This document shows positions 49,962 to 60,509 of a DNA stretch of 64,000 nt, in pieces. Within the stretch, counting starts at the first letter, position 1. Every line of letters starts with the position of its first letter. The stretch spans positions 1,015,723 to 1,079,722 of the forward strand of contig CAZQUL010000001.1 of the NCBI GenBank assembly GCA_964596525.1. Reading direction: 5' to 3'. Position numbers and translations under genes: made by a program. The notes beneath the pieces were generated by a model. It was not told the DNA's origin and did no database searches. It saw only the letters and a program-made list of their open reading frames with translations. Source of the stretch: an uncultured Gammaproteobacteria bacterium (GTDB taxonomy: Bacteria; Patescibacteriota; Patescibacteriia; Magasanikbacterales; GWA2-37-8).

Positions 49962-51275
49962 ATGCGCCACGCACGCATTCTCTACGCTTTTTTGGGTTTC
50001 TGCGGGCTTACACAGCTTAATTGTGGTCCTGCCGACACGTTTTCTTCTGCTGCGCCCGCAGATAACTTTGAAACCCTTTTTAGGAGTCCGTCGCTCGTAA
50101 CGGCGCGCGGTCATGTGCGAAGCTTTACCGGCTTCCGTGGCAATGACGTAATTACCGGCGACGAGATCATCAAGGAGGTTCTTACGTTTTACGATCCGAC
50201 CGATGCCTCACCGGCAGCACTGGATCGGCTCGTAGCGTACTGGGATAAGTTTACCCGCTTCGAAGCGAGCTACGGAGTCGGGCCAGGCGATATCGAAGTG
50301 CTTAACGGTATGCCGACCATCCTCTACCTCATGAAGGTCGCGCATACGCTTAAGGTGTATGGTAGCGGGGAAATTCCCTGGGCTCTTGAGAGTATCTCGG
50401 ACCAAGCATTTGCCTGGTATTTTTGGGAGATGCTGATCTCTCGCTGGCTGCTGCACGAAAGTGAAGTTCCAAAAATTCCTGTCGGCTTTCCGACGTTTGT
50501 GAGCGGATTTATGCTCGGGGATGAGGTGTATGCCAAGGATCTGCGCGTCAAGTTTGCCAACCTTATCACCAGCTGGCGCATCTGCCGCAACCTTCTTCGT
50601 CAACCACCGCCTGGGTCCAAACGGGCTGCAACGAGTGAAGAATTCGCAGCTCACATCATCCAGTGGGTAAAGAATAATCTCGCATACAGTGTAGCGCGTA
50701 CAAGCCAAGAAGTGGATCTAGTCAACGCCTCAAACAACATTGATACCATCATCACATCCCACGAAAGCGGTGCGAGAGACAAGATGATGGCAACCTCGAT
50801 TCAGTATCTTCTGGGCGCCGCGGGTATTCCGGTAGTAAAGTTCTTTAAGGAAGAAGATGTGCTCCAGCTCGACATGCATCTTTACATGCCGGGTGCGGAG
50901 CGCTACATTCTCCCCGCCGCTGTGTCCCGCTTTCCGGCTCTTCCGAGCCGTTACGCGCTTATGCCGCTGTGGGTAATCGCAGAGGGCTCTACACAGCCGA
51001 CCCCGTATCTGGTGCGGTATCTGGGACCAAGCTCGACGCTCTGGAAAACCATAGTCACCGGGGTTCGTTACCCCAAGATTGAAGATAGCTACCTGACTGT
51101 GTGGTTCACAGACATCGTCATGGAACCGCGTATTACATCCACCGAGGTCGAGAAATTGCGTGCGGAGTTCCCTTCCTTTAATCTCATGGTCAATGATGAC
51201 TTCCACCTGCGCTCTGGCCATGTTACCCTGAAAACAGCGTTTGAGCTTGGGGAGCCTTCCGCCAAGCTTTGGTAA
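49962..51275 (+). CDS. secreted hypothetical protein
   Basis: Start moved to MRHARILYAFLGFCGLTQLNCG preceded by GGAGGG RBS; signal-like N-terminus; no known motifs. Confidence 0.5.
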   Translation: MRHARILYAFLGFCGLTQLNCGPADTFSSAAPADNFETLFRSPSLVTARGHVRSFTGFRGNDVITGDEIIKEVLTFYDPTDASPAALDRLVAYWDKFTRFEASYGVGPGDIEVLNGMPTILYLMKVAHTLKVYGSGEIPWALESISDQAFAWYFWEMLISRWLLHESEVPKIPVGFPTFVSGFMLGDEVYAKDLRVKFANLITSWRICRNLLRQPPPGSKRAATSEEFAAHIIQWVKNNLAYSVARTSQEVDLVNASNNIDTIITSHESGARDKMMATSIQYLLGAAGIPVVKFFKEEDVLQLDMHLYMPGAERYILPAAVSRFPALPSRYALMPLWVIAEGSTQPTPYLVRYLGPSSTLWKTIVTGVRYPKIEDSYLTVWFTDIVMEPRITSTEVEKLRAEFPSFNLMVNDDFHLRSGHVTLKTAFELGEPSAKLW

Positions 51276-51371
51276 AAAAATTTTGAGCCCTGCCTAATCC
51301 GCAGGGTTTTATCATTTCAGTTCAAGGTGCATAAACAAAACAACGACCTTACAGCCGTTATTTTGCGTTTG

Positions 51372-51443
51372 TACCGCCAAGGGGAATCGAACCCCTATTA
51401 CTGCCGTGAGAGGGCAATGTCCTAGCCGTTAGACGATGGCGGC
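51372..51443 (-). tRNA. tRNA-Glu (anticodon CTC), CCA not encoded
   Basis: Manual fold of the reverse complement: acceptor GCCGCCA/TGGCGGT (G1-U72 wobble), D-arm GTCT-AACGGCTA-GGAC, anticodon arm TTGCC-CTCTCAC-GGCAG (U33, CTC, A37), 4-nt variable loop, T-arm AGGGG-TTCGATT-CCCCT, discriminator A. Confidence 0.7.
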
Positions 51444-51494
51444 GTGTTCATAGGACGTAGCCTAGAGTAGTAAAAAAGAGGCCCGTCGTCAAGT

Positions 51495-53303
51495 TTAATT
51501 CGGGCCGGATTTGCGCTCCGGAGCAAAACCAAGGTACTCAAGCGTGAAACGCATGATGTCGCGGAATACCGGACCAGTAGTGGTCTCGGCATAGAGGGCG
51601 GTACTTGTATTGCTCACGTTGCCGTATTTGATAAGCAATACGACCCGAGGAGTGCTCGCGGGTGCAAAGCCGACGATGGTGTGGTTGGTTGGTCCGGTAT
51701 TCACGTCGAAATAGCCACCTTCCGGGTTGGCGATTTGGGCTGTACCGGTTTTGCCGGCCACGTAGTACTGCTCGAGGCGCGTGGTTTTTTTGTATGAGTC
51801 GAGCGTGGCGACGAGCATGCCGGTCGTGATTTTGGCGGCGCGCTCCGAAAGGACGGTATCCACTACTTCAGGCGTAGATTTTTCCACTTCACCAGCTTTA
51901 TTTCTCCATTCTTCCACAATCAGCGGACGCATAAGCTTGCCTCCGTTCGCAATTGTGCTATAGGCCAAAGCAATCTGGAGCGGAGTAGCCGTCATACCTT
52001 GACCAAACGAAGTGTACGCAGCATTAGCAATATCGCGCTTGCCAAACGTCGGCAAAAGGCCGGCCGCCTCCGTATTAAGGGTAATACCTGTTTTTTCGCC
52101 GAAACCGAACTTATCGAGGTAGGTTTTAAAACGCGTCGGCGTGAGTTGTTCTGCCACCCAAATAGCCCCGGTATTGATGGATTTTTGCAAGACCTCCGTC
52201 ATGGTAACACGACCATAGCAGCGCAGGTTAGCATTGTAGATAGTGAAGGGTCCAAACGTACGCTTGCACGGGTCGGTAATGGCGGTTTCCGGGGTAACGA
52301 GACCGCTGTCGAGCGCACTCGCCATGGTAACGGTTTTCATGACCGAACCAGGTTCGTAGGGAATGAAGACGTTCTGATTGTTGAAGAAAGCAGTGCTTGA
52401 TGTTTTGCCGTAATCATTAGGGTCGAAATCCGGAAAACTGCACATGGCCATAATTTTGCCCGTAGTGGGATCCATCATAATAAGCGAGGCGTCGAGCGCT
52501 CCCCACCCCCGCATCCCCTGCTCAAGGCGTTTACAGGCCTCAAACTGGAGCGTGCGGTCGATAGTGAGAACCACGTCCGTACCATGTTCGGCCGGGACCA
52601 CGGTGCGCCCAGCAAGCGTGATCCAGATTCCACCCGCGCTTTTTTCACCGGCAACAAATCCAGGTTTACCGCCTAATTTATCTTGCCAGTATCCTTCGAT
52701 GCCGTAACGGCCTTGGCACACCCCTCGCTCATCACGCGCGCAAAAACCAATTACTGCGGCTGCAAAACGCCCTTCTGGATAAAAGCGGTAGTCTTGGGGA
52801 GCCGTAAAAATACCCGATATTTTGGCGCGTACGATGGTGTCGGCAACTTCACTAGAAACTTTATGCGCAATGTTCTGGTAGCCCAAATCACGGCGACTCA
52901 AACGCATTCCTAGTTCGCGTTCACGCTCGGCCGAGAAGCCCAGCTGTTTGCGCAAAAATGCCGTAGTAGAAACAACATCCGAAGGGTTCATGATGCGCGG
53001 AGAGGCATAGACCTCGTAATATTCGCGGTTGATGGCAATAGGAAAACGTTCGCCACTGCGGACATCTTGGGCAAAAATACGACCTCGATCGGCATGGATT
53101 TTTTTGTATAGTTCGTGCGAATGAGATGCGAGAGCAGCGTAGACTTCGTGGCGCAAGACTTGAATAACAAAAAGACGGACCGTCAAATAAGCGGCCAGAA
53201 GCAAAAAAACCATGGCGAGCGTGCGGATCTCACGGCCTTCTTTGGGGCGAGCGTGCGAACGAGCCAGACCGATAGCTTGAGCGAAAGAGCGGCGGCGACG
53301 CAT
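51495..53303 (-). CDS. penicillin-binding protein, class B (FtsI/PBP3-like peptidoglycan transpeptidase)
   Basis: N-terminal TM, dimerisation domain, transpeptidase motifs SVMKT (SxxK), KTGTAQ, SGN-like; second class-B PBP in the window. Confidence 0.8.
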   Translation of the reverse strand: MRRRRSFAQAIGLARSHARPKEGREIRTLAMVFLLLAAYLTVRLFVIQVLRHEVYAALASHSHELYKKIHADRGRIFAQDVRSGERFPIAINREYYEVYASPRIMNPSDVVSTTAFLRKQLGFSAERERELGMRLSRRDLGYQNIAHKVSSEVADTIVRAKISGIFTAPQDYRFYPEGRFAAAVIGFCARDERGVCQGRYGIEGYWQDKLGGKPGFVAGEKSAGGIWITLAGRTVVPAEHGTDVVLTIDRTLQFEACKRLEQGMRGWGALDASLIMMDPTTGKIMAMCSFPDFDPNDYGKTSSTAFFNNQNVFIPYEPGSVMKTVTMASALDSGLVTPETAITDPCKRTFGPFTIYNANLRCYGRVTMTEVLQKSINTGAIWVAEQLTPTRFKTYLDKFGFGEKTGITLNTEAAGLLPTFGKRDIANAAYTSFGQGMTATPLQIALAYSTIANGGKLMRPLIVEEWRNKAGEVEKSTPEVVDTVLSERAAKITTGMLVATLDSYKKTTRLEQYYVAGKTGTAQIANPEGGYFDVNTGPTNHTIVGFAPASTPRVVLLIKYGNVSNTSTALYAETTTGPVFRDIMRFTLEYLGFAPERKSGPN

Positions 53304-53309
53304 ACATGA

Positions 53310-54035
53310 TCAGGAACGAAGAAGTGCGGCGTGCTTAGTAAAAATCTTCTCACGGGCCGCGTGGTATTTTTTTATGCCAGAAAACGGCAAGGCGTGCCGG
53401 ATGAACCAGCTCGGAAACCAAGAGCTGATACCGCTGCGCAAACCGACGATTTTACGATATCTGCTACCGGGCACATAAATGCCGGTTTTCCCCATAGAAA
53501 GCAGCGTAAGCCAGAGATCCCAGTCTTGGAAACGACGCAGGTTTTCATCGAAACCGGGAAAATCAGCGCGGCGAATGAGACTCGTCATGTCGATGTAGTT
53601 GCAGCGTTTAAGCATTGTAGCATCAAACGGGCGGCTTGGCATAGCTTTCCAGCCATACTGATAATCGGCGTAGGCATAACTCGCGCGAGGATTTTTCTCC
53701 AGCGCTTCAACATAGCGAGCGATAAACGCGGGCGGAGCAAGCGTATCCGCATCCCAAAATAGTACATACTCACCCTTACTCGCTTCAAATCCGGTAGTGC
53801 GTGCGACTGCCGCACCGCGGTTAGTGCACGTAATCCATACGCACAAAAGCCCGGCGGCGTTCAGGAGATTTTTTACTTCTTCTCGATCTGCTTCGACGCC
53901 ATCGGTACTGCCGTCGTTGACAATGATTACTTCGAGCGGGCGATACGCTTGCGCGACAAGCGAACCGAGCGAACGCTTGAGGGCCCGACGGTGGTTAAAA
54001 ACCGGGATAATTACGCTCACGAGGGGACGCGGCAT
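53310..54035 (-). CDS. glycosyltransferase family 2
   Basis: Start moved to the Met at 54035 (MPRPLVSVIIPVFNH), which abuts the upstream gene stop at 54043; GT2 motifs VIIPVFN ... IVNDGSTDG ... DAD. Confidence 0.75.
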   Translation of the reverse strand: MPRPLVSVIIPVFNHRRALKRSLGSLVAQAYRPLEVIIVNDGSTDGVEADREEVKNLLNAAGLLCVWITCTNRGAAVARTTGFEASKGEYVLFWDADTLAPPAFIARYVEALEKNPRASYAYADYQYGWKAMPSRPFDATMLKRCNYIDMTSLIRRADFPGFDENLRRFQDWDLWLTLLSMGKTGIYVPGSRYRKIVGLRSGISSWFPSWFIRHALPFSGIKKYHAAREKIFTKHAALLRS

Positions 54036-54042
54036 ACTCCCT

Positions 54043-55176
54043 TTAAGTTTTGAGGCGAGAAATAAGCCCTTCGATTTGGGTTTTCCAACGCAGATTTTCG
54101 AGTACACGGGCGCGGCCGGCAGCTCCAAGGGTTTTGGCATATTCCGGCATGGCAAGAAGGTCGACGACGGTGCGAACGACTTCTTTGGGTTGGCGCGGGT
54201 CAACCAGAACGCCGGTTTCGAGGTGGCGCACGGCTTCGTCCACTCCCCCACCCCGGCCGGCAACAACTGGCAGACGAGCAGCTGCGGCCTCAATAAAGAC
54301 CATACCCCATCCATCAACGCTGTCGGCAGTCGGAATGGTGAGTGAAATAAAGATGTCGGATAACGCGTAAAATAACCGCAGACGCTCAGCCGGAACCGAG
54401 CCTAAAAAGCGGATTGAGGACTCGACTTTTAATTCGCGAGCGCGGCGCATGAGCTGGTTCTCAAGAGGGCCCGTGCCGATGATGAGCCACACGAGCTGCG
54501 GAACCTTAGCCAGAAGCTCAGGCATCATTTCCAAAAAGAAACGATGGCCTTTACTTTCGATGATGCGCCCTACGGTCAGCACGACTTTTTTAGAGGAAAG
54601 TCCGAGACGTTCGCGGAAATTTTGTACCGCCTCGGCATCCGGCTCGTTGTCGATAAAGGTGTCGGTTGGGCACGGATGAACGATGAGCGGTGTTGGGAGC
54701 GATGGAATTTTTTCACGCAGGCGTGAGGCCGTAAACTGGCTGTTTACAACAAGGTTTCTGGCATCTTTGAGGACAAAGGAAAGTTTGCGGCGTTTTGCTT
54801 CTCCGACTACAAGTATGTCGGTACCATGAAGAAAGGCGGTGTAGGGAATTTTAAAAATTTTTTTGATGAACCAGGTAACGTACCCAACGGGTAAAGCATG
54901 ATGAATAAAGATGTGCTCGATTTTTTCGCGGCGCGCAACGCGGCAGAGCTCAAACGCAAACCAGAGCCAATGCGGCCACATCCATTGGATGAACGGCGCG
55001 AAGCGATACACTTTCCACGCATGGCGGCTATCGACGAATTCATCTTGCCCGCCTTGGCGCGGGGCGTACACCACGGTTTCGTGATATTTTGAATACTCTT
55101 CGATGAAGTTGGTGATATATGAAGCAATCCCGCCGATTTGGGGAGGATATTCGAGAGTGACGATGAGGGTTTTCAT
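54043..55176 (-). CDS. glycosyltransferase family 1 (GT4-like)
   Basis: EYPPQIGGIASY N-domain, C-terminal GT1 motif region (EAAAARLPVVAGRGGGVDE). Confidence 0.8.
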   Translation of the reverse strand: MKTLIVTLEYPPQIGGIASYITNFIEEYSKYHETVVYAPRQGGQDEFVDSRHAWKVYRFAPFIQWMWPHWLWFAFELCRVARREKIEHIFIHHALPVGYVTWFIKKIFKIPYTAFLHGTDILVVGEAKRRKLSFVLKDARNLVVNSQFTASRLREKIPSLPTPLIVHPCPTDTFIDNEPDAEAVQNFRERLGLSSKKVVLTVGRIIESKGHRFFLEMMPELLAKVPQLVWLIIGTGPLENQLMRRARELKVESSIRFLGSVPAERLRLFYALSDIFISLTIPTADSVDGWGMVFIEAAAARLPVVAGRGGGVDEAVRHLETGVLVDPRQPKEVVRTVVDLLAMPEYAKTLGAAGRARVLENLRWKTQIEGLISRLKT

Positions 55177-55198
55177 AGGCAGAACGGATATTCGTGAT

Positions 55199-56650
55199 TC
55201 AGCGTGGCATGATCTCCTTCACACGGGAACTAAGAGCAGACCATCTTAGAATCCCGGTGAGGCAGAGTAGAATGCCATATACAACCCCTCCTAGACACGG
55301 AATAATAACGAGCGGTACGGGCGTGGCAAGAAGAGCTAGCACGGCAAGCCCCATTACTAAACCAGAGAAAACTATCTTACCTGAAACGATATAAAGTGTC
55401 TTGTCCGGGGTGTGGATGACCTTGCGGATAAGAATATAACCTGTAATCCAAAGGAGGATATTGCTGAAAATAGCTGTTATAGCCGCTCCTCGGGTGCCAA
55501 GAGTAGGGATAAGAAGCGCATTGCCAATAACGCTCGACACCAGAGCTAAACCGTACAACGCGGTTTGGGTGCGCTGTCGGCCGATACCGTTGAGAATGGC
55601 ACCGTGGGCATACCCGAGAAAACCGGGCAAGAGGCTCCATACCAATACCTTAAAAATCGCCGCGGCGGGCAAAAATTGCGGCACGAAGCGCGCAAAAAAC
55701 GGCGTGATGACCGCGCTGCCGCCAATAACGATAGGAATCCCGACGAGGAACAAGAAACGATACGACTTGATAATAAGAGCGCTCAACGCCTCATGGGAGC
55801 GATGGAACTCGCGAGCGATGAGTGGGAACAAGCTAGCCCCCAAAGCGATAGGGATGAACTGAAAAGCGTATACTGCCTTGTAGGCTCGCGCCCAGTGCCC
55901 TCCGTCTTCTTCGGGCAAGAGTTTCTTGATGAAAAAAGCATCTTGATAGGCATACAGCTGCATAAGAAGGCCGCCGACCGCGAAGGGCCAGGCGCGCACG
56001 GCAAACTCCCTCAGCACGAGATGCAGGCTCTGCCACGCAGGAAAAACCAAACGCAGGCTATAGCGGGTCTGTACGCACCACCAGGCATACGCAGTATGAC
56101 CTACGCTAGCCAAAAGTGCCGCTACGATAAGAAAAAGAAACGGCAGGCGGCCTACCAAGGCAATAGCGCCGAAACCAGCTAAAAGCACCTGCCCCAGGGC
56201 CACGCCGATAGATTCATAAAAAACGTTCGATTGACTGCGCGCTACAGCGTAAAAGACGGAGCGTACACTGTCGCTTATAACGATGATGGCCGCAAAGACG
56301 ATGATGCATGCGCTGTCTCCAGGATAATCAAAGATGTAATTAACACCCGTAAGAACCACCCCGGCAACAATGCCTAAAATAACTTTTATCAGAAGAACGA
56401 TGGATACATCTTCGTCAGGCGGCACTTCGTGCCGAGAGAGTTTTTGGGTGAGCGCAGTGGTAAGACCGCTATCGGCGATGACAGTGAAAATGGCGAGTGA
56501 CACGAAGATGTGAAAGTAACGGGCTGTTTCCACGGTGCCGATAACCCAGCTGACAGCAAAAAAATATAACGCCGAAATGCTCTTTTGGACAATAGAGGCA
56601 ACACTTAAGAATGTGGTGTTGTGAGCCAAAGAAAAAACCCGCGCTTTCAT
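55199..56650 (-). CDS. polysaccharide biosynthesis protein / oligosaccharide flippase (Wzx-like, MOP superfamily)
   Basis: 483 aa, about 12-14 TM helices, MOP-flippase-like layout; adjacent to two glycosyltransferases. Confidence 0.65.
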   Translation of the reverse strand: MKARVFSLAHNTTFLSVASIVQKSISALYFFAVSWVIGTVETARYFHIFVSLAIFTVIADSGLTTALTQKLSRHEVPPDEDVSIVLLIKVILGIVAGVVLTGVNYIFDYPGDSACIIVFAAIIVISDSVRSVFYAVARSQSNVFYESIGVALGQVLLAGFGAIALVGRLPFLFLIVAALLASVGHTAYAWWCVQTRYSLRLVFPAWQSLHLVLREFAVRAWPFAVGGLLMQLYAYQDAFFIKKLLPEEDGGHWARAYKAVYAFQFIPIALGASLFPLIAREFHRSHEALSALIIKSYRFLFLVGIPIVIGGSAVITPFFARFVPQFLPAAAIFKVLVWSLLPGFLGYAHGAILNGIGRQRTQTALYGLALVSSVIGNALLIPTLGTRGAAITAIFSNILLWITGYILIRKVIHTPDKTLYIVSGKIVFSGLVMGLAVLALLATPVPLVIIPCLGGVVYGILLCLTGILRWSALSSRVKEIMPR

Positions 56651-56688
56651 ACCGTTATACTATATGAAACGTGCGGTCTGGGCATAGT

Positions 56689-57195
56689 TCATTCTTTAAA
56701 ACCCGACAAACCTTCGAGTGTCAAAAGTGTCCGTTTGGCGCTTAAGCCGCCAGCGAATCCTGTAAGCTTGCCGTGCGAACTGACAACTCGGTGACACGGA
56801 ATGATGATGGAAAAAGGATTGAGTGCAATCGAACGGGCTACGGCCCGCACAGCTTTCGGTGCTCCAATCCGTCGTGCGATTTCGGCATATGAAACAACCT
56901 GACCATAAGGAATTTTGCGTAATTCTTGCCATACGTTTTTCTGAAACTCAGATCCGCGCATGTCGAGCGGCACTGTAAAGGCTGTTGCCGAGGGACGCAA
57001 GAAAAAACCGACGAGCTGTTCCTCCAGTTGGTCGAGATATTCATGGTCTCCGGGCGAAAGAATTTCAGTGCGCTTAAAAAGTGGACGCGGGTCCTCTTTG
57101 CCCCACAAAATCGCCCGAATACCCTCCGTGCTGGCCACCAACCGCAGCGGTCCAACCGGGTACAACGCGTCACGATAAACGTAGGTTTGAATCAT
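56689..57195 (-). CDS. ogt: methylated-DNA--protein-cysteine methyltransferase
   Basis: Active site IPCHRVV, N-terminal Ada/Ogt domain, HTH region. Confidence 0.85.
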   Translation of the reverse strand: MIQTYVYRDALYPVGPLRLVASTEGIRAILWGKEDPRPLFKRTEILSPGDHEYLDQLEEQLVGFFLRPSATAFTVPLDMRGSEFQKNVWQELRKIPYGQVVSYAEIARRIGAPKAVRAVARSIALNPFSIIIPCHRVVSSHGKLTGFAGGLSAKRTLLTLEGLSGFKE

Positions 57196-57203
57196 AAAAA
57201 TAA

Positions 57204-58235
57204 TTAAGCGTTTACAGCGCGATCGAGAATGTGTTTACGCGTTTCACGGGCACGCACGCGCGTATCGACGTCGCGGTCTTTTTCATCGACGATTTCACCG
57301 ACAAGCTGTTCGAGCGCATCCTCGAGGGTGACGATGCCCGCAGTACCGCCGAATTCATCAACCACGATGGCCAAATGGTGCTTATGTGCTTGGAACATCG
57401 TGAGGAGCTTGTCGGTTTTGACAGTCTCTTTAACAAAGAGCGTTTCGCGCCGGAACTCGCCGATTTTCCTCTCCCGTTCGCCGCGCGCCAGTGCCAAAAG
57501 CAGCTCTCGGCTAAAAGCTACACCAACGATGGAATCGAGTGAGTTATCAAAAAGCGGCACGCGCGAATGCGGCAGGCGGCAAATTGTATCTTCCTCTTCG
57601 CCGAGAGTCTTTTCTATGTTAAGTGCAGCCACTATGGTGCGCGGCGTCATGATATCGCGGGCAGCCAGATCGTTGAGACGAAATATACGCTGGATCATTT
57701 CTTTTTCATCTTCTTCGATGGTACCAGCGGCGTGGCCTAACGTGCTGAGCATGCGGATTTCATCTTCGGTAACGACCGCTTCGTGCTTGGTAAGGCGTTT
57801 GGTGATCCATTCGATGAACATGACGAGCGGTAAAAGGATTTTGGAAAGAAGAATAAGCGGCCGGGCGCTTAGAAGACTAATCCGCTCCGCATAGAGTTCG
57901 CCCAAACTTTTGGGGATGATTTCGCCGCAGACAATGATGAGAAGCGTCAAAAATGCGGAAAACGGCGCAACCCAAAACTGGCCAAAGACCGCTGCTGCCA
58001 TGGTGCCGATAATACCGCTGCCGATGATATTGATGGCATTATTGAATGTCACGAGAACAGTGATCGGCCGGCGCATGTTCTCCTTTACTTCCAGGAGGCT
58101 AACTGCACCTCGTCGTTTCTTTTCGACCAATACTTTGACGCGCGTAAGCGAAATGCTAAAGAGCGCGGATTCCACCATAGCTACGGTTCCGGCGCCAAGC
58201 AAGACGAAGATGACAGTGAGAATGAGGGTTTGCAT
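57204..58235 (-). CDS. hemolysin-family/CNNM transporter-associated protein (DUF21 TM domain + CBS pair + CorC/HlyC domain)
   Basis: N-terminal 4-TM DUF21-like region, CBS pair, C-terminal CorC_HlyC-like domain. Confidence 0.7.
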   Translation of the reverse strand: MQTLILTVIFVLLGAGTVAMVESALFSISLTRVKVLVEKKRRGAVSLLEVKENMRRPITVLVTFNNAINIIGSGIIGTMAAAVFGQFWVAPFSAFLTLLIIVCGEIIPKSLGELYAERISLLSARPLILLSKILLPLVMFIEWITKRLTKHEAVVTEDEIRMLSTLGHAAGTIEEDEKEMIQRIFRLNDLAARDIMTPRTIVAALNIEKTLGEEEDTICRLPHSRVPLFDNSLDSIVGVAFSRELLLALARGERERKIGEFRRETLFVKETVKTDKLLTMFQAHKHHLAIVVDEFGGTAGIVTLEDALEQLVGEIVDEKDRDVDTRVRARETRKHILDRAVNA

Positions 58236-58373
58236 ACATGATAGGCACCTTTGAGCCTATCATAAATCGCTTATTTTGGCCAGTTTTAAGGCCGAACAAG
58301 GCCTTGACATACAAGGCAGCATCCGCTATGCTGACCCATTCGACCTTTTTAACAAACGATACTAAGGAGTTCT

Positions 58374-58799
58374 TTGATGATCGTGTACCATGCTACGCCG
58401 CACCGTAAGAATGTAGATAGCATTCGTGCACAAGGAGTATTGCTGCCGGGCAAAAACTTAAAACATCCGCTGCCCTGCGTTCATGTGTCGCGAGAACCCT
58501 TTATTCCGGGCAAATATGCGGTGACCACCATCTGCAACGTAAGCAGACGCGCCCGGGGCGGCGTACCGGCCCACAACGAAGCTTGGATCCTCACCCTCGA
58601 GGTCGATGACGCCACACTGTTTCATCCAGACCCGGTAGAAGAGGAGTGCTTCATACAAAACAGAGGAGTCTGGCTCATTTTTCCTAACGCTCCCCTCCCC
58701 GTCCGTATCGTAGCGGTAATGTACATTACCGACGTGATTGAGTGGGAAGCTTCCACCCCCATGACGCGCGGTTCCTTTGAGCAGCAGATTACCCTCTAG
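58374..58799 (+). CDS. hypothetical protein
   Basis: 141-aa ORF, no recognisable motifs. Confidence 0.35.
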   Translation: MMIVYHATPHRKNVDSIRAQGVLLPGKNLKHPLPCVHVSREPFIPGKYAVTTICNVSRRARGGVPAHNEAWILTLEVDDATLFHPDPVEEECFIQNRGVWLIFPNAPLPVRIVAVMYITDVIEWEASTPMTRGSFEQQITL

Positions 58800-58976
58800 C
58801 TGCTTTTTATTTTCGTCATTGCGAGGAAGGAGTAAGACGACTGACGAAGCCCGTCCGCCATGGCGGAGAGGTGTGCCGGGCGGGCTATCCCCTTGATATC
58901 AAAGTGAGCTCTGAAATACTGAGGGATTGCTTCGTCGTTCCTCCTCGCAATAACCGCTCTTGTATGCCTCCTTTCT

Positions 58977-59360
58977 TCAGTTCTTCTCCGCCGGAATAAA
59001 CTTGAGTGAAATGGAATTAACGCAATGGCGGGTATTTTTAGGCGTGAAACCCTCACCTGTAAAGACGTGACCCAGATGAGCGTCGCATGCCTGGCAGACG
59101 ATTTCGGTGCGCGAAGCATCCGGGTCGGGAATGCGCTTGACCGCACCGGGAATTTCTTGATCAAAACTCGGCCAGCCGCAGCCGGAATGGAATTTAGCCG
59201 TAGAGGTGTAGAGTGGTGTGTTGCAGCGGCGACAGAGGTACGTCCCTTCGACAAAAAAATCATCGTACTCGCCCGTACCTGGACGCTCGGTTCCTTTGTG
59301 GACGATAACGCGCTCTTCTTCAGGGGTGAGAGGATTGAGGTGCATAGTATGGATACGCAA
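58977..59360 (-). CDS. msrB: peptide-methionine (R)-S-oxide reductase MsrB
   Basis: Two CxxC zinc motifs (CRRCNTPLY ... [12 protein letters not shown]), catalytic RHCVNS, SelR fold signature GCGWPSF. Confidence 0.88.
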   Translation of the reverse strand: MRIHTMHLNPLTPEEERVIVHKGTERPGTGEYDDFFVEGTYLCRRCNTPLYTSTAKFHSGCGWPSFDQEIPGAVKRIPDPDASRTEIVCQACDAHLGHVFTGEGFTPKNTRHCVNSISLKFIPAEKN

Positions 59361-59475
59361 GGTTTAAGCTTCTCGACAACTATATCATGTTACTGAGGAG
59401 CTGCGAACCTGGTTAGGTGCAGAAATCAAAACGCCCCGCTCGTAGCGAGGCGTGGCTGTCTGGATTCTAACTTAA

Positions 59476-60495
59476 TCAGTCAATAAAGTTTCTGACCGCC
59501 GCTTCGGCCTGGGCCGTGCGGCCTTCCCAGGTAGTCGCATCAATCACGACGAAATGCCGGTTACGCCGTGTCAATTCCTCTTTCCACCAGGTGAAGAAAC
59601 GATGCCGTTCTTCAATATCCGGCATAACGCGCTGTCCATCATTGGCCCAAGGCATCTCCGGCGACAAGACCAGGTATAGATCGTACCTACGGCGCTCCGC
59701 TTCTTGCTCGACCCATGATGGGCAGGTCGTGAAGAAATACTTAGACCAATAGACCGTGGTAAGAAGATCCGTATCGGTGAAGAGGAGGCGGTTAGCCTGT
59801 TCGGCCAGCGCGTCCTCGGTTGCGACTTGACCGCGGGCAATAGTCGCGATATCGTCGGGCTCGACATTGCCGGGCGCATAGCCGCGGTGTTCGATATATT
59901 CGTCGAGGAGCCGGCGCGCGTATTCATCGACATGGAACGTGTCGAATGCCTGCGCCAGATATTCGGTGAGCGTCGATTTTCCGGCCGATTCGGGACCAAC
60001 GACCGCGATACGTTTCACGAAATACGCCCGTACGACGTGCGGAAGGTAGCGCCAGTTCTTAAGGGGATCATTCCGAATCGCGGTGCCCGAAACAGGAACG
60101 AGGCTGCGCGTACGATTGACCGGAATGTAACGAATGCCCATAACGTCGGCCATCTTCCAACCATAATCTTCGGAGCCGAAGAGAGCTTCGAACTTTTCAC
60201 CCGGGCAATGCTTTTCGAGACTATCTTTCCATAAATCCCAGAACTCCGGACATGCGGGCGACGGTTCCTGGGGCAACTGCGCGTAGTGGTTGATGACGTT
60301 CGCGTTCGGGAACATCTTCTTGACCCACTGGAACCGTACATGGCCCGGGATCGGTTCGCTCGCAAGGGAGCAAACGACGATCGTGAGGCGGTGACACGAT
60401 TCTTCGGCGAAACGCAGGAGAAGGATGTGGCCCAGATGCAACGGCATGAATTTGCCAAACACGAGGCCGCTGCCGATTTTTTTCTCGGTAAGCAT
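59476..60495 (-). CDS. nadR: NadR-like bifunctional NMN adenylyltransferase / ribosylnicotinamide kinase
   Basis: Start moved to the ATG at 60495 with AGAGGAG RBS. N-terminal nucleotidyltransferase HxGH (FGKFMPLHLGH), C-terminal P-loop kinase GPESAGKSTL. Immediately downstream of pnuC. Confidence 0.75.
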   Translation of the reverse strand: MLTEKKIGSGLVFGKFMPLHLGHILLLRFAEESCHRLTIVVCSLASEPIPGHVRFQWVKKMFPNANVINHYAQLPQEPSPACPEFWDLWKDSLEKHCPGEKFEALFGSEDYGWKMADVMGIRYIPVNRTRSLVPVSGTAIRNDPLKNWRYLPHVVRAYFVKRIAVVGPESAGKSTLTEYLAQAFDTFHVDEYARRLLDEYIEHRGYAPGNVEPDDIATIARGQVATEDALAEQANRLLFTDTDLLTTVYWSKYFFTTCPSWVEQEAERRRYDLYLVLSPEMPWANDGQRVMPDIEERHRFFTWWKEELTRRNRHFVVIDATTWEGRTAQAEAAVRNFID

Positions 60496-60509
60496 GTGTA
60501 AACTCCTCT

